DNA of 64,000 bases from an uncultured Chloroflexia bacterium (GCA_963700285.1 CAVOXA010000010.1:1408001-1472000), one strand, 5' to 3'; shown: positions 40,470-54,362, counted from the stretch's first letter. Translations and numbers: made by a program. The notes: a model not told the origin generated them from the sequence alone.

Positions 40470-42617
40470 TCAACGGACTATCTCCTTGCCATCGGCGCCC
40501 TTGACCGTGACCGGCTCGGGGTATTTGACTCGGGGATGGAAAACCCCTTTCAGAACATCCAGAAAGGCGGTCTTGATCTCTTCCAGATCGCGCAGGGTCA
40601 GGTCCGATTCATCCAGTTGCCCTCCGCCACCTTGCTCCTGATCGTGTCGGCGATGATGTCCTCCATCTCCTCGATGGATGCCGGTTCCTGGCTGCGGACC
40701 CGCGCCTCGCAGCCATCGGCCAGCATGAGGATGGCTGTTTCCCGGGACTGGGGCTTGGGGCCTGGGTAGGAATAGTCCTCTTCGTGGACCTCGCGATGGT
40801 TGTCGCTGCCATTCTCATTGGCAGCCGCCACGGCCATGCGGTAGAAAGCCAGGGTGATGCTGGTGCCATGGTGTTCGGGGATAAAGGCGCGTATGGCAGA
40901 CGGCAACCGGTATTTCTCCGCCAGGTCCAGGCCATCTTGTACGTGGCTGATGATGATCTGGGCGCTGGTACGGGGGTCCAGCCGCTCGTGGGGATTGACG
41001 CCACCCACCCGGTTCTCGGTGAAAAAGTAGGGGCGCACCGTCTTGCCGATGTCGTGATAGTAGGTGCCCACGCGGGTCAGCAGCCCATCGGCGCCGATCC
41101 GTTCGGCCGCGTCCTCGGCCATGTTGCCCACCAGGAGGGTGTGATGGTAGGTGCCCGGCGCTTTGAGGAGCAATTGCCGGAACAAGGGATGGGTGGGCCG
41201 TGACAGTTCCATCAGTTGGAAAGGCGTCATCAGGTCCAGGAGAGCGCTCAGGACAAAGAAGGCGGCCAGTGCCAGGCTTGCGGCCAGCGCCGCCGGCAAC
41301 AAGGCCCACCAGGGCGTAGATGGTGACTCGAAGCAGATCTTGGTTCATGCCAGCAGGCCAAAGGCCATGATGACGGCTGCGTTGGTGACCGCCACCGCCA
41401 TGCCGCTGCGCAGGAAGGTGCTGATCCGGTCCGCCTGCCCCAGGCTCAAGGCTCCCATCATCGTGCCGGCCAGCAGATAGGTGGTGATGTCTGGCGAGCC
41501 GCCGGCTACGAAAGCCCCGATTACGCCCACGATCACGCCGATGGCCATGCCCAGGGCTGGTCCATAGAGGATGGCCAGGAGCATCGACAGCGCGGGCAGG
41601 GGATAGAGATAGGGGACGATGCTATCGGGGAAGGGGAGCATCAGTTTGCTCAGAACCACAAAGGTGGCGATGAGCAAAAAGATGGTGGCTGTCGAGCGCT
41701 CAGTGGACCAGAGGCCCGGTCGCAGGCGGAAAATGAGCAGCTCCAGGAGGATCGTGGACAATAATGGCCAGAAGAATCGTGCCTGCCACCATTTCCCAGC
41801 GAACGGCCTGCTGGCGCAGGCCAAAGGCGTCCAGCTTTTCGATATCAATGAGGCGCACCAGGCTGCCATCCCGCACTATGGCTTCATCCTTGCGGATGGC
41901 TACCTCCACCGGAGGCGTGTTCTCCCGGGCTTGCTGCTTGGCTTCCTCGGTGCGGGCAGCGTTGTAGAAGGTGTTGGCGGTCACCAGGTCGCCGGCCAGC
42001 GCCTCGACGACGCCGGCCTGGTCGTCTGTCATACGAAAGCTGATAAAGGTTGGCAGGCGGCGGCGGACGGTGTCCACCTGGCTCTCTTTGATTTCACCCT
42101 GCATGGCCCGGACCAGCACGCGCACCGTCTCGTCCACGACCTCCTGCCAGTCGTCCTTGCTCAAGGCCAGGGCTTGGTCAATGACTTCCGGCTCCAGGTC
42201 CAGATCGGGGATAGCCCCGATCCAGCGTGCCTTTTCCTCGGGCGTGGCATAGGGATCCTCTCTCACCGAGCCGATATACTCCAGGATCTGTTGGGCCCGG
42301 ACCTCCTGTTCTCTGGCGACCAAAGGATCGGGGGGGTCAAAGATATCCGGAACCGAGGCGGCGGCCTCCTCCTGCGCCTGCTTGGTCCGGATCTCACTCA
42401 TGTAGGTCAGGTCGTAGGGCGCCAGGATGTTGTCCGTGGCGACGTTGCCGGCGTTCAGGAGCACCTGGTTGGAGGGCAGAAAGTCAATGAGCAGTACGGC
42501 GCTGATGACCGCGGCCATGAGCACGCCAAAGATGGCAGCCCGCGTTTTGCTCCAGCGACCTACGCCAGGCTTTTTCCCTGAGAAAGCTCCCTGTGTGCCA
42601 CGAGTGTCGTTGAGCAT
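40470..42617 (-). CDS. 7TM-HD (HDIG) phosphohydrolase, PgpH-like c-di-AMP phosphodiesterase (frameshifted)
   Basis: [44 protein letters not shown]; upstream of ybeY. Confidence 0.85.
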
Positions 42618-42623
42618 AGAGTA

Positions 42624-43086
42624 CTATCCGGCCAGCAGCTCCCTCACTACCTGGTTGGCCACTTGTCCATCGGCACGGCCCCTGAGGCGGGCCATGAGGG
42701 GTTTCATCACCTTGCCCATGTCTCTGGGCCCGCTAGCCCCAACCTCCTCAATGACCTGCTGGGCTGCCACGGTCGATCTCTTGACGGGTCATCTGCTGGG
42801 GCAGGTACGCCTGCAAGATGGCCAGCTCGGTCTCTTCTTCGGCTACCAGGTCTTCACGCCCACCCCGGCGGAACTCTGTAATGGATTCCTGGCGTTGTTT
42901 GGCCTGCTTGGCGATGATGGCCAGGATGTCGTCGTCGTCCAGACTGACGCGCTTGCCGCTGGCATCCAGTTCGGTTTCCGACTGTTTCATCGCGGCTATC
43001 ACCGAGCGGATCGTACTTTTGCGCCGTTCGTCCTGCTGACGCATGGCGTCCTTCAGATCCTCCATCAATTGTTCTCGAAGGCCCAT
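42624..43086 (-). CDS. yqeY: GatB/YqeY domain protein (frameshifted)
   Basis: DLKDAMR, KQRQESI, YLPQQM, DMGKVM, GRADG. Confidence 0.88.
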
Positions 43087-43195
43087 CCTTTCCTCCTTAG
43101 CGCCCGTGTACTACCTTTACGAGTACCATTATAGTCGTCAAGAGAAGGGAAGTCAAATCTGGTTCCATATGCCTGTGCGCGGCCTTGACGCGGCA

Positions 43196-43256
43196 AACCT
43201 CCCGCGGGTTCGTGTAGTTTTGGCGCTCCGCCACACCTTGGGCCCTGCGGGAGGTT
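43196..43256. repeat. REP pair AACCTCCCGCGGG / CCCTGCGGGAGGTT
   Basis: Same family as 6219 and 6619. Confidence 0.7.
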
Positions 43257-43454
43257 CGCGTGGGCGATTTGAACAGGTTCCCAGTCGCCAGACGCTTTGA
43301 CATATCGGTCAATATGCCTTACAATTAACTGTTGGGTGATGATTCTGTGTCTTTGCCCTGCTATTGATCTGCATCATCACCATCCCACTATCCAGCAGCA
43401 ACTACACGCCCGATAGGCGTTGGGGGTAGCGATGACTTTTGACGGAGGAATTGG

Positions 43455-45529
43455 ATGACGATCTACAAGAGTGACAAGTTGCGCAATGTTGTCCTGTTGG
43501 GCCACGGCGGATCGGGCAAGACCTCGCTGGCCGATGCGATGCTGTTCGATACGCGGCGCGGTCAACCGCCTGGGCCGCGTGGACGATGGCACGTCGGTTT
43601 CCGACTGGGACGAAGAGGAACGCCGCCGCAAGATGTCCATCAACACGTCGCTGATCCCCTGCGAGTGGCAGGGCTACAAGCTGAACGTGCTGGACACGCC
43701 CGGCTACATGGATTTTGTCGGCGAGGTGATCAGTGCCATTCACGTGGCCGACAGCGCTGTGGTCGTTCTCGACTCGGTGAGCGGTGTGGAGGTGGGTACC
43801 GAGCAGGTGTGGCACTATGCCAGCGAACAGAAATCTTCCCCGGCTGGTCTTTGTGAACAAGATGGAGCGGGAAAACGTCGACTTTGGCAGCGTCGTGGCC
43901 CAGATTTCGGCCAAGTTCGACGTGGCTGCGGTGCCGTCCAATTGCCCATCGGCAGCCAGGCCGATTTTAAGGGGGTCGTGGATCTGCTGGCCCAGAAGGC
44001 CTACCTGGGCGAGAAAGCGACCGAGGGCCCGATCCCGGACGACATGGCCGATGCGGTCGAAGAGGCGCGCATGGTTCTCATCGAAGCCGCGGCCGAGGGC
44101 GAAGACGCGTTGATGGAAAAGTACTTTGAGGAAGAGACCCTGAGCGACGACGAGATCCTGGCAGGGTCTCAAGGCCCGGATCGCCCAGGGGGACCTGGTG
44201 CCCGTGCTGTGCGGCTCGGCGGCGATGAACATTGGCATGCAGCCCCTGATGCAAGCCATCATCCAGTTTCTGCCATCGCCCGTAGAAGCCGGACCCTACC
44301 TGGCGCAGAACCCGGCGACCGGCGCGGAGGTCCAGCTCCAGGGCGATTCGGCCGGCGACCTGGCGGCCCTGGTGTTCAAGACCATGGCCGATCCCTACGT
44401 CGGCAAGCTCTCCTACTTTCGCGTCTATTCCGGCACGCTCGAGTCTGATCCCGCGCGTTACAACAACCGGACCGGCAACGAGGAGCGGATCGGCCAGGTC
44501 TATATCATGCGCGGCAAGGAGCAGAGCCCTATTGCCAGGGTCCCGGCGGGCGACATTGGGGCGGTGGCCAAGTTGAGCGAGACCCAGACCGGCGACACCC
44601 TCTGCGACCAGGGAGTGCCCCTGCGGCTGAATCCGCCGGTCTATCCCAACCCACTCTATTCGGTGGCGGTCAGCCCCAAGACCAAGGCCGATGCAGCCAA
44701 GATCAGCCCCACGCTGACCCGCTTGAGCGAGCAGGATCCGACCCTGACCTGGCGCCAGGACCGGAGCACCCGCGAGACCATTCTGTCGGGCATGGGCGAC
44801 ACGCACATCAACGTCGCGGTGCGGCGCATGGAAGAGACCTTTGGCTTGGGCCTGGATACGGCCGTACCCCGCGTGCCCTATCGGGAGACCATCACCCGGG
44901 AGGCCGCGGCCCAGTACCGCCACAAGAAGCAGACGGGCGGCGCAGGCCAGTTTGCCGAGGTCCACATGCGCGTCGAGCCGCTGGAACGCGACGCCGGCTT
45001 CGAGTTCGCCTGGGAAGTGGTGGGCATGAACGTCTCCAAGACCTTTGGCCCCTCCATCGAAAAGGGGGTCAAGGCGGTCATGGAGCAGGGCGTCATCGCC
45101 GGCTATCCGGTGGTCGACGTGAAGGCCGCTGTGTACGATGGCAAGGAGCACCCGGTGGACTCGAAGGACATCGCCTTCCAGATCGCCGGGCGCGAGGTGT
45201 TCAAGCTGGCGGTCAAGGATGCCGGGCCGGTGCTGCTGGAGCCGATCTACAAGTACACCATCACCGTGCCCGAGGAGTATATGGGCGACGTGCTGAGCGA
45301 CCTCAACACCCGGCGGGCCCAGGTGCTGGGCATGGACCAGGTGGGGGACAACAGCATCGTCACGGCCATGGTGCCGCTGGCCGAGATGCAGCGATACGTC
45401 AGCGACCTGCGCTCCATCACCCAGGGGCGCGGCGTCTTTACGCTGGAGTTCGCCGACTATCAGCAACTGCCCAATCACCTGGCCGATCAGATCATTGCCG
45501 CTTCGCAGCGAGATTCTGAGGAGAAATAG
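43455..45529 (+). CDS. fusA: Elongation factor G paralogue (EF-G2-like), frameshifted
   Basis: GHGGSGKTSL, DTPGYMDF, NKME, KKQTGGAGQF, HPVDSKDIAF, LLEPI; no rpsL/rpsG/tuf context. Confidence 0.9.
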
Positions 45530-45556
45530 GGCCGCAGTTACCCAGTTGGCTGCTTC

Positions 45557-45594
45557 AACGGCCGTCTGACTCCCATAGAGTCAGGCGGCCGTTT
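45557..45594 (+). terminator. Stem-loop terminator
   Basis: AACGGCCGTCTGACTC...GAGTCAGGCGGCCGTTT. Confidence 0.7.
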
Positions 45595-45818
45595 ATCGTT
45601 GTGGGCCGCTCTGGACATTCTTTCCGAGTTGCGCTATACTCAGTACACTGCGGCCGGGGCTCGCAGTGGGTGCTTGAGCGCCCGGAAGCGCGCTGAGGCA
45701 CGTCCTGAGCACCGCCGAAGGATGCGCGCCACGACCGGAGTGGTTGCGCTACTGATTATACCATGACCAGAAGGCTGAGCATGGACGTTGACCACCAGAC
45801 AGATGTGGGAGGTAAAAC

Positions 45819-47043
45819 GTGATCGACAAGAACTTTCCCGGCAAAGGCCGTGTGGCCGTGCTCCGTACGCAGCCCGAAACAGTACTGGATGATTATCACC
45901 GGCTGCTGAAGCTGGCTGACTATGAGGTCGGCCCTGCCCAAGGACAAAGAGACACTCCTCAAGATCAATATTTCCTGGCAGCAGTGGTACCCTGCCTGTT
46001 CGACGGCGCCGTGGCAGTTGGAGGGGGTGGTGCAAACCCTGCTGGAAGATGGCTATCGGGACCTGATCGCCGCTCACAACCGGACGGTGGTGGTGGATGC
46101 CTATGTGGGCGAGCGGAACAACAAACACAAACTGGTCACCGACAAGTATGGCCTGCGCAATGTACACCTCTATGAGCCCGAGATCGAGTGGGTAACCTAC
46201 CAACCCAAGGCGCCCATGCTGGTGCTGGACAAGGTTTATCCCGACGGGATCAAGATCCCCAGCATCTTTTTCGACAAGAACATCATCCAGTTCCCCACCG
46301 TCAAGACGCACGTCTTTACCACCATCACCGGGGCGATGAAGAACGCCTTTGGCGGGCTGCTCTCCGAGCGACGGCACTGGACCCATGCCGTTATCCACGA
46401 GACGGTGGTGGACCTGCTCGCTATCCAACAAGAGATCCACAGCGGACTGTTTGCCGTGATGGATGGCACCTTTGTGGGCGACGGTCCTGGTCCGCGGGCC
46501 ATGTGGGTCCAGGAAAAGGACTTGATCCTGGCCTCGGCCGACCAGGTGGCCATCGATGCTGTCTCTGCCTACCTTCAGGGTTTTGAGCCCATGGAGCTGG
46601 ACTTTATCCGTCTGGGCACAGGAGCGGAGAGCTGGGTATCGGCGACATCAAGCAGATCGAGGTCGTTGGGCGATGTGGACCTGGATGAGGTGCGCTGGCA
46701 TGCCCGTACCGGCGAGACTTTTGCCAGCCAGGGACAAAAGATGATCTACCATGGGCCGCTCAAGCCCTTGGAAAATCTGCTGCTGCGGACTCCCATTGTG
46801 CCCTGGTCCTTTGCAGCTTCACGGGCCTACTATGATGGTTTCTGGTACCCCTTTGTCGGCAGCAAGCGCGTGCAGGAGGCCCTCGATACAAAGTGGGGGC
46901 GACTGTTTGCCGGGTATGGCAATGTACCGGCCGTTACCAAGCCCCTCTATGAGCCCCGGGTTGCGGCGGCCGGGGTGCTGGGCGCGGCTGCGTCGGCCAT
47001 GGCTCTGTGGTGGCTGCTGAGCAGAGGAAAAGAGCGGGACTGA
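45819..47043 (+). CDS. DUF362 domain protein (frameshifted)
   Basis: LKINISW, PTVKTH...TGAMKNAFGGL, DG...GDGPGP, ASADQVAIDA. Confidence 0.82.
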
Positions 47044-47055
47044 CGTCAGCTTACA

Positions 47056-47170
47056 ATGCGCATCGATGCCACACCCGCCATTCTCGCGACAGCCTGGCCT
47101 CGCTCGACGCGCTCCTGCAGAGCATGGATCGACGGGGGCTGGACATGGTGGCGATCACGGATCACAATAC
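47056..47170 (+). pseudogene. N-terminal fragment of a PHP-domain phosphoesterase
   Basis: MRID..CHTRHSRDS...GLDMVAITDHN then abrupt end. Confidence 0.65.
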
Positions 47171-47237
47171 GCTTGCAACTGGTCCATTTCTACTCTACGA
47201 ACGCCAAATGGCGAAAGCGAGCGGGAGCATACCTAAG

Positions 47238-48506
47238 ATGAGCAGGGTGGTGCGGCGCTTTGTAGGAAACCTGGGTACTTTTCTGCTGGCATTGTTGCTA
47301 GGCATTGTCGTTTGGATCACGGCTACGCTGGCAACTGACCCCATCGCGCAGGAGACATACTCTGGGGTTGGTGTGACCACCGTCAACCAACCCGCAGATA
47401 CGATCTTCTTTGAGCCTATCGTCGAAGAAGTTGATGTCCTGGTCCGGGCGTCGCAGAGTATCCTCTCCGATCTCCAGCCCTCTGACTTTGAGGCGATCAT
47501 GGATCTGTCCATCGTGGAACCTGGAACGCCTGCCGTGGTGCCGGTCGACGTGGGCACCAGTAGGGAATCGGTCCGGATCGAGGGCGTGAACCCCACGGCG
47601 CAAACTGTCCACCTGGAGGCCGTGCGGACCATTACCCTGCCGGTTACCATCGATGTGGAAGGGGAGGCGGCTACGGGCTATCAGTCATCCGGGCCAGGGG
47701 TCAATCCTACCCTGGCCACGGTCCATGGACCAGAGCCCTTTTTGGCGGAAGTAGCCTCTGTATCCGGCTCGCTGGAGGTGGAGGGCGCCAGGGACGACGT
47801 CATCCAGGAGGTGAAGATCAGGCCGCTGGATGCCAACGGCCGGCTGGTGCCGGGTGTGGAGTGGAGTCCAGGCGAGGTCGAGGCGCGGGTGGGGGTACGA
47901 AGGCGGCTGGGCTACAAGCCTGACGTGGAGGTTGTGCCTGACCTGCGCGGCGAGCCGGCACCGGGATATCGCCGGGGGAGCGTAGATGTCGAGCCCTCGA
48001 CCGTGACGCTGGCCGGTTTGCCTTCCGTCCTGGACGAGCTGCCCGGCTTTATTGAAACATCCCCCATCTCTGTCATCAGCGCGACGCAGGACCTAACCGT
48101 CCGCAGCCCGTTGACCGTGCCACAGAACGTCGTCGTCGTGGGTGTGGACTTTGTCACGGTTACGGTCGAGATACTGCCCATCCTGAGCAGCCGGGCCATG
48201 ACGGCCACGGTCGAGATCCGGGGGGTGAACTCGGGCTGGACGGCTACTACCTCGCCCAGCGTGGTGGATGTCATTCTCGAAGGACCTGATACGCTGCTGG
48301 CCGAACTGACGTCGGCAGACATCCGCGCAATCGTCGACGTCGACGGGCTGGGGTTGGGTGTCCACCGGGTCGAGCCCGATGTCCTGGCCCCCGAAGAGGT
48401 GACCGTGGTCAGCGTGATCCCGGAGACCATCGAGGTGGTCATTGCCCGCGGGCCAACGCCCACGCCATCGCTGACCGTGACGCCAACCCTTACGATCACG
48501 CCCTGA
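47238..48506 (+). CDS. CdaR/YbbR-domain membrane protein
   Basis: N-terminal LALLLGIVVW TM followed by repeated YbbR units (V.P..VTL.G, PSVVDVILEGP). Confidence 0.8.
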   Translation: MSRVVRRFVGNLGTFLLALLLGIVVWITATLATDPIAQETYSGVGVTTVNQPADTIFFEPIVEEVDVLVRASQSILSDLQPSDFEAIMDLSIVEPGTPAVVPVDVGTSRESVRIEGVNPTAQTVHLEAVRTITLPVTIDVEGEAATGYQSSGPGVNPTLATVHGPEPFLAEVASVSGSLEVEGARDDVIQEVKIRPLDANGRLVPGVEWSPGEVEARVGVRRRLGYKPDVEVVPDLRGEPAPGYRRGSVDVEPSTVTLAGLPSVLDELPGFIETSPISVISATQDLTVRSPLTVPQNVVVVGVDFVTVTVEILPILSSRAMTATVEIRGVNSGWTATTSPSVVDVILEGPDTLLAELTSADIRAIVDVDGLGLGVHRVEPDVLAPEEVTVVSVIPETIEVVIARGPTPTPSLTVTPTLTITP

Positions 48507-48525
48507 AGTTGAGAACCCTGCCCAC

Positions 48526-49512
<987 letters not shown>

Positions 49513-49587
49513 TCAAAGGATTCTTGGATTTTGCCAGGCTGGTGCGACATCCGTTTGGGACATGGCAACCCTGGGTGGGGGAACCTG

Positions 49588-49968
49588 TCATGCATTGTCC
49601 TGCAAGACACGGTTCAGACCAGCGGCCACGGCCGGGTCCTGAAAGATCAGGACGTTGCGCTGGACAAAGCGGCGGAGCAACTCTGTCCCCAGTTCCGTCA
49701 GGTGATAGTAGCGCCGCCGGGGACCGACGTCCGAAGGCTGCCAGGTACTCTCTACCAGACCCGTGGCCTCGAAGCGCCGCAGGGCGCGGTACAGGCTCTT
49801 TTCGTCGGCGGTGACGGTGCCCTGGCTGATGCCGGCCAGTTCCTGGCCCATCTCAAAAACGTACATGGCGCGATCGTGCAGCATCAAGAGCAGCCAGAAG
49901 GTAAGCAGGCCCTTTTTGTATACGCTCTCCCACTGGTCAAGCAAAGCTTGCACGGATTCGTCGTCCAT
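49588..49968 (-). CDS. PadR-family transcriptional regulator
   Basis: KKGLL, LYRALRRFE..GLV, GPRRRYYHLTELG. Confidence 0.88.
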   Translation of the reverse strand: MDDESVQALLDQWESVYKKGLLTFWLLLMLHDRAMYVFEMGQELAGISQGTVTADEKSLYRALRRFEATGLVESTWQPSDVGPRRRYYHLTELGTELLRRFVQRNVLIFQDPAVAAGLNRVLQDNA

Positions 49969-50013
49969 CGCTGGCTCTCTCGCAAAGTCTCTTCTAGGCT
50001 ATCCTGCTACTTA

Positions 50014-50040
50014 TAGTATACAACTACAGGTAGTATACTA
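50014..50040. promoter_or_regulatory. Palindrome TAGTATAC-N11-GTATACTA, probable PadR operator
   Basis: AT-rich palindrome upstream of padR. Confidence 0.5.
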
Positions 50041-50194
50041 CAACTGACAGTGTTTGTCAAGCTGGGTGTCTGTCGCGAACCGGACCGGCTGCTCACTCAA
50101 GATCTTCCTGACAGAGGGTTATCAACGACGGCCATTTTGCCTATCAACGCTGCGCTATGCTATAATGCCCACACATTTGTATCGAGTGAGGCAC

Positions 50195-51380
50195 ATGGAA
50201 GATTCTCGACGACTGTTCCGCACCCTGGCAATCGCCAGTTTTTTTCTTTATCTCGGTTTCAACGTCTGGAGAGCTGTCTTTAACAATTTTGCGGTGGAAG
50301 AGATCGGGGTCACAGCGGCCCAGATCGGTGTCATCCAGGCCATACGCGAAGTGCCAGGGCTCCTGGGCTTTACGCTGGGCTTCCTGGCCCTGGTGTTTTC
50401 CGAGATGCGGATCATGGGCATCAGCGTGCTGATCCTGGGCGTGGGCCTGGTTCTCAGCGGCATGTCCGACATGGTAAGCGTGCTCATCCTGGGAACCCTC
50501 CTGATGAGCATCGGCTTCCATTGGTTCTACCCCAGCAGCAACAGCCTGGTACTCATGGGCATGGGCAGGGACGAGGCGCCCAGGGCCTTGGGCCGTCTGC
50601 AGAGCATCTCCGCCGCCGCCGCCGTGATCGGGACGCTGGTCGTCTGGGTCTTTATCGAGGGTGTTGACTATGGACCCATTGACATCCCCGCCTGGGGTTA
50701 TCGCACCACGCTCATTGTCATCGGCGTCGTGGTCATGCTGGGCAGCCTGTTCACCCTGCGCGACAAGATCCAGCAAGGAAGCCAGCGGGAGAAGCGCAAG
50801 GTCATCTTTCGCCGGCAGTATTGGCTCTATTACGTGCTGACCTTCATGATGGGCAGCCGCCGCCACATCTTTACGACTTTTGCGATTTTCATGCTGGTTC
50901 AGGTCTATGGCATCAGCGTGCGTGAGACGGCGACGCTGTTCCTGATCAACAACCTGGTCAATATCTACGCTAGCGCCCAGTTGGGCAGGCTGGTCGTGCG
51001 CTTTGGCGAGCGCAAGGTGCTGACCTTTAACTTTGTCGGGACTCATCGGCGTGTTCCTGGGCTATGCTTTTGTGCCCTACTTGCCCGTTCTGTTTGCCCT
51101 TTTTGTTCTGGATAACGTCTTCTTTGGCATTCAACCTGGCCATCGAGTCCTATTTTCAAAAGATCGCCCTTTCGCGGCAAGAGATTACCAGCAACGTAAG
51201 CATGGCCCAGACCATCAACCATATTTCGGCCTTGATCGTTCCGGTGGTGGGCGGCATCTTGTGGGAGCAGGTCTCGCCATCAGCCACTTTTCTGGCCGGC
51301 GTGGGGATCGCGGTGATCTCACTGGTACTGGTCCAGTTCATCCGGACGGCATCCGGTACCGGCGACGCCGGTGCTTGTAG
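50195..51380 (+). CDS. MFS transporter (frameshifted; 3' end approximate)
   Basis: [20 protein letters not shown]; many TM segments. Confidence 0.85.
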
Positions 51381-51444
51381 CGGCAGACTGATAGCGGGGC
51401 ATCCTTGTTTCGAATCACGTGACCAACTTCTGGGGGAGATAACC

Positions 51445-53433
51445 ATGTCAAACGACCTCGACCAACTCTGCGTCAATACCATCCGCACCCTGGCCATGGA
51501 TGGCGTGCAAAAAGCCAAGTCGGGCCACCCCGGCCTGCCGATGGGCATGGCCGATGCGGCTTACGTGCTCTGGACCCGGTTTCTGAAGCACAACCCCGCT
51601 GACCCGGCCTGGCCGGATCGCGATCGTTTCGTGCTCTCGGCCGGGCACGGATCGATGCTGCTCTACAGCTTGCTCTACCTGACCGGGTATGATCTGCCGC
51701 TGGAGCAGCTCAAACAGTTCCGGCAGTGGGGGAGCATGACGCCCGGCCACCCTGAGTACGGCGATACGCCCGGGGTGGAGACGACCACCGGACCGCTGGG
51801 CCAGGGCTTTGCTACCGGCGTGGGTATGGCTCTGGCCGAACAGATTGCTGGCCGCCCGCATGCAACCGGCCCGGTTTTGAGGTGGTGGACCATTACACCT
51901 ATGCCATCGTCAGCGACGGCGACCTGATGGAGGGGATCTCCCACGAGGCTGCCTCCCTGGCCGGGCATCTGGGCCTGGGCAAGCTGATCTATCTGTACGA
52001 CGATAACCAGATCACCATCGAAGGAAAGACCTCACTGGCCTGCAGCGATGACGTGCGGGCAGCGATTTGAGGCCTACGGCTGGCAGGTGCTGGCCGTGGA
52101 CGGGCACGATCGGGCCGCCATCGCCGCTGCCGTGGAGATGGCCCAAGCGGACGCGGAGCGGCCGTCGCTGATTATCTGCCGCACCCACATTGCCTATGGC
52201 AGCCCCAACAAGCAGGATACATCCTCGGCCCACGGCGAGCCGCTGGGCGCCGAGGAGGTCCGGCTGACCAAAGAGGCGATGGGCTGGCCAGCGGAGGCCG
52301 AATTCTATGTGCCTGAGGAGGCGCTAGCTCACTATCGCGCAGCGCTGGAGCAGGGCGCTGGTGCCGAGGGGGAATGGGACGACCTATTCGCCCGTTATGA
52401 GCAGGCTTACCCCGACCTGGCTGCCGAGTGGAAGCGCCGCCTGGCGGGGGAATTGCCGGCGGGCTGGGAGGAGGCACTGCCCATCTTTGAGCCGCAGGAT
52501 GGCCCCCTGGCCACCCGCGTTGCCGGCGGCAAGATTATGACCTCCCTGGCGCCTGTATTGCCGGAGCTGGTGGGCGGCTCGGCGGACCTTCACCCCTCCA
52601 CCAAGACCTACCTGAGCGACTATCCGGCGGTAGACAAGGGCAAGTTTGACGCCCGCAATCTGCATTTTGGCATCCGCGAGCACGCCATGGGGGCGATCAT
52701 CAACGGCATGGCCCTCCATGGGGGTTTCCGGCCCTATGGCAGCACCTTTTTGGTTTTTTCGGACTATGTGCGGCCCAGCGTACGGCTGGCGGCGCTGATG
52801 GGCCTACCGGTGATCTATGTCTTTACCCACGACAGCATCTTTGTGGGCGAGGACGGCCCAACCCACCAACCGGTGGAGCACGTGGCCAGCCTGAGGGCCA
52901 TCCCGGGACTGACCGTCATCCGCCCGGCCGATGCCAACGAGACAGCCGCTGCCTGGAAGACGGCTGTGGAGCATGGCGATGGCCCAGTGGCGCTGATCTT
53001 GACCCGCCAGGGGCTGCCGATCCTGGCCGCGGCGGATGCAGCGGGCGTGGCGCGGGGCGGCTATGTGCTGGCCGATGCACCTGCGCTCCAGGTGATCCTG
53101 ATGGCCAGCGGCTCCGAGGTCTCGGTGGCGTTGGAAGCCAAAGAGCTCTTGGCCGGGGATGGCATCGCGGCTCGCGTGGTCTCTATGCCCAGTTGGGAGC
53201 TGTTCGAGGCCCAGTCGCAGGCGTACAGGGACGAGGTCCTGCCGCCTGAGGTGACAGCGCGCGTGGCTGTGGAAGCGGGCGTGCCCATGGGCTGGGATCG
53301 CTACGCGGGGCCCCAGGGCGCGATCATTGCCATGCGGCGTTTTGGCGCGTCGGCGCCGTATCAACGGCTGGCTGAGGAGTTTGGTTTTACGGCAGAGAAT
53401 GTCGCCGCCCAGGCGAAAGCCTGCCTGGGGTAG
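51445..53433 (+). CDS. tkt: Transketolase (frameshifted)
   Basis: [42 protein letters not shown]...GEDGPTHQP. Confidence 0.95.
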
Positions 53434-53455
53434 GATGGACCGAAGACAGATCAGG

Positions 53456-53487
53456 CGGGGCAGGCTGCTGAGCCTGCCCCGTTTTTT
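53456..53487 (+). terminator. Rho-independent terminator
   Basis: CGGGGCAGGCT-GCTG-AGCCTGCCCCG-TTTTTT. Confidence 0.85.
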
Positions 53488-53632
53488 GTGATGCAACAAC
53501 GAATCGGGAAGCGGAACGAATCTGCTGGGCCTAGACCCGGTGGATCCTGTATATTCAGTATCACGTCAGAGTTGTGCGAGCAGCTCCGCTGGATATGTTA
53601 GGATGTCCGACTTGATACCTGTGCGGACGGAA

Positions 53633-54362
53633 TCAGTTGTTCAAGGGCCTCTTGCTGGGCATGCCGGAGCGGCGGGGATAGGTCTCTGGGGTGGGGCTGA
53701 TCTTTTCGATGACGACGAGGGAACGATCTTCGGGCAGCCCGGACAGTTCGACGGGCATCACCCGGCAGAGTTGGCCGCCCAGTAGGGCCATGGATCTTTC
53801 GGCCTGCCAGGCTTCGGCGCCGCCCGCTTCTCCCTTCTGGGCCACCAGCCAGCCGCCCAGCTTGCAGAAGGGCAGCGCATACTCGATCACCACCGGCAGG
53901 TCGGCCACGGCGCGGGCCAGGGCCAGGTCATACTGCCCGCGGTGCTCTGGATCGTGGGCCAACTCCTCGGCCCGGGCCTTGACGGCCAGAACCCGGTGCA
54001 GTCCCAAGCGCTCTACGAGGTGCGTCAGGAAGGATACTTTTTTGCCGGTGGCCTCCAGCAGGGTGAGCCGGATGCCTGGGCAGACCAATTTGAGGGGGAC
54101 TGCCGGGAAAGCCCGCGCCACTTCCCACATCGATAGCGCGGGCCTCGGGCCGGCCGAGCGCCAAACGGGTCTCTTTGGCCAGGAGACAGGATAGCGAATC
54201 CAGAAAATGACGGATCTGCACCTGCTCATAGTCGGTGATAGCCGTCAGGTTGAATTTCTGGTTCCAGGCGACCAGTTCCTCGTAGTAGAGCTGAAAGCTC
54301 GCCTGCTGTTCGGGCGTCAGGGACAGCCCCAGGGCCTGCGCTCCGTCAACTAGTCGTTGCAT
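53633..54362 (-). CDS. rsmG: 16S rRNA m7G527 methyltransferase (frameshifted)
   Basis: WNQKFNLTAI, HFLDSL, DVGSGAGFPG, RAEE, ARAV, YPRRSGMP.K.PL. Confidence 0.93.

Noticed and set aside
47007-48506. Genuine PHP-CdaR fusion protein
   Set aside because: Only about 35 PHP residues are present, and cdaR has its own RBS and start at 47238
51064-51927. MFS-transketolase fusion ORF
   Set aside because: tkt has its own GGAG RBS and ATG at 51445; the read-through is likely an indel artefact
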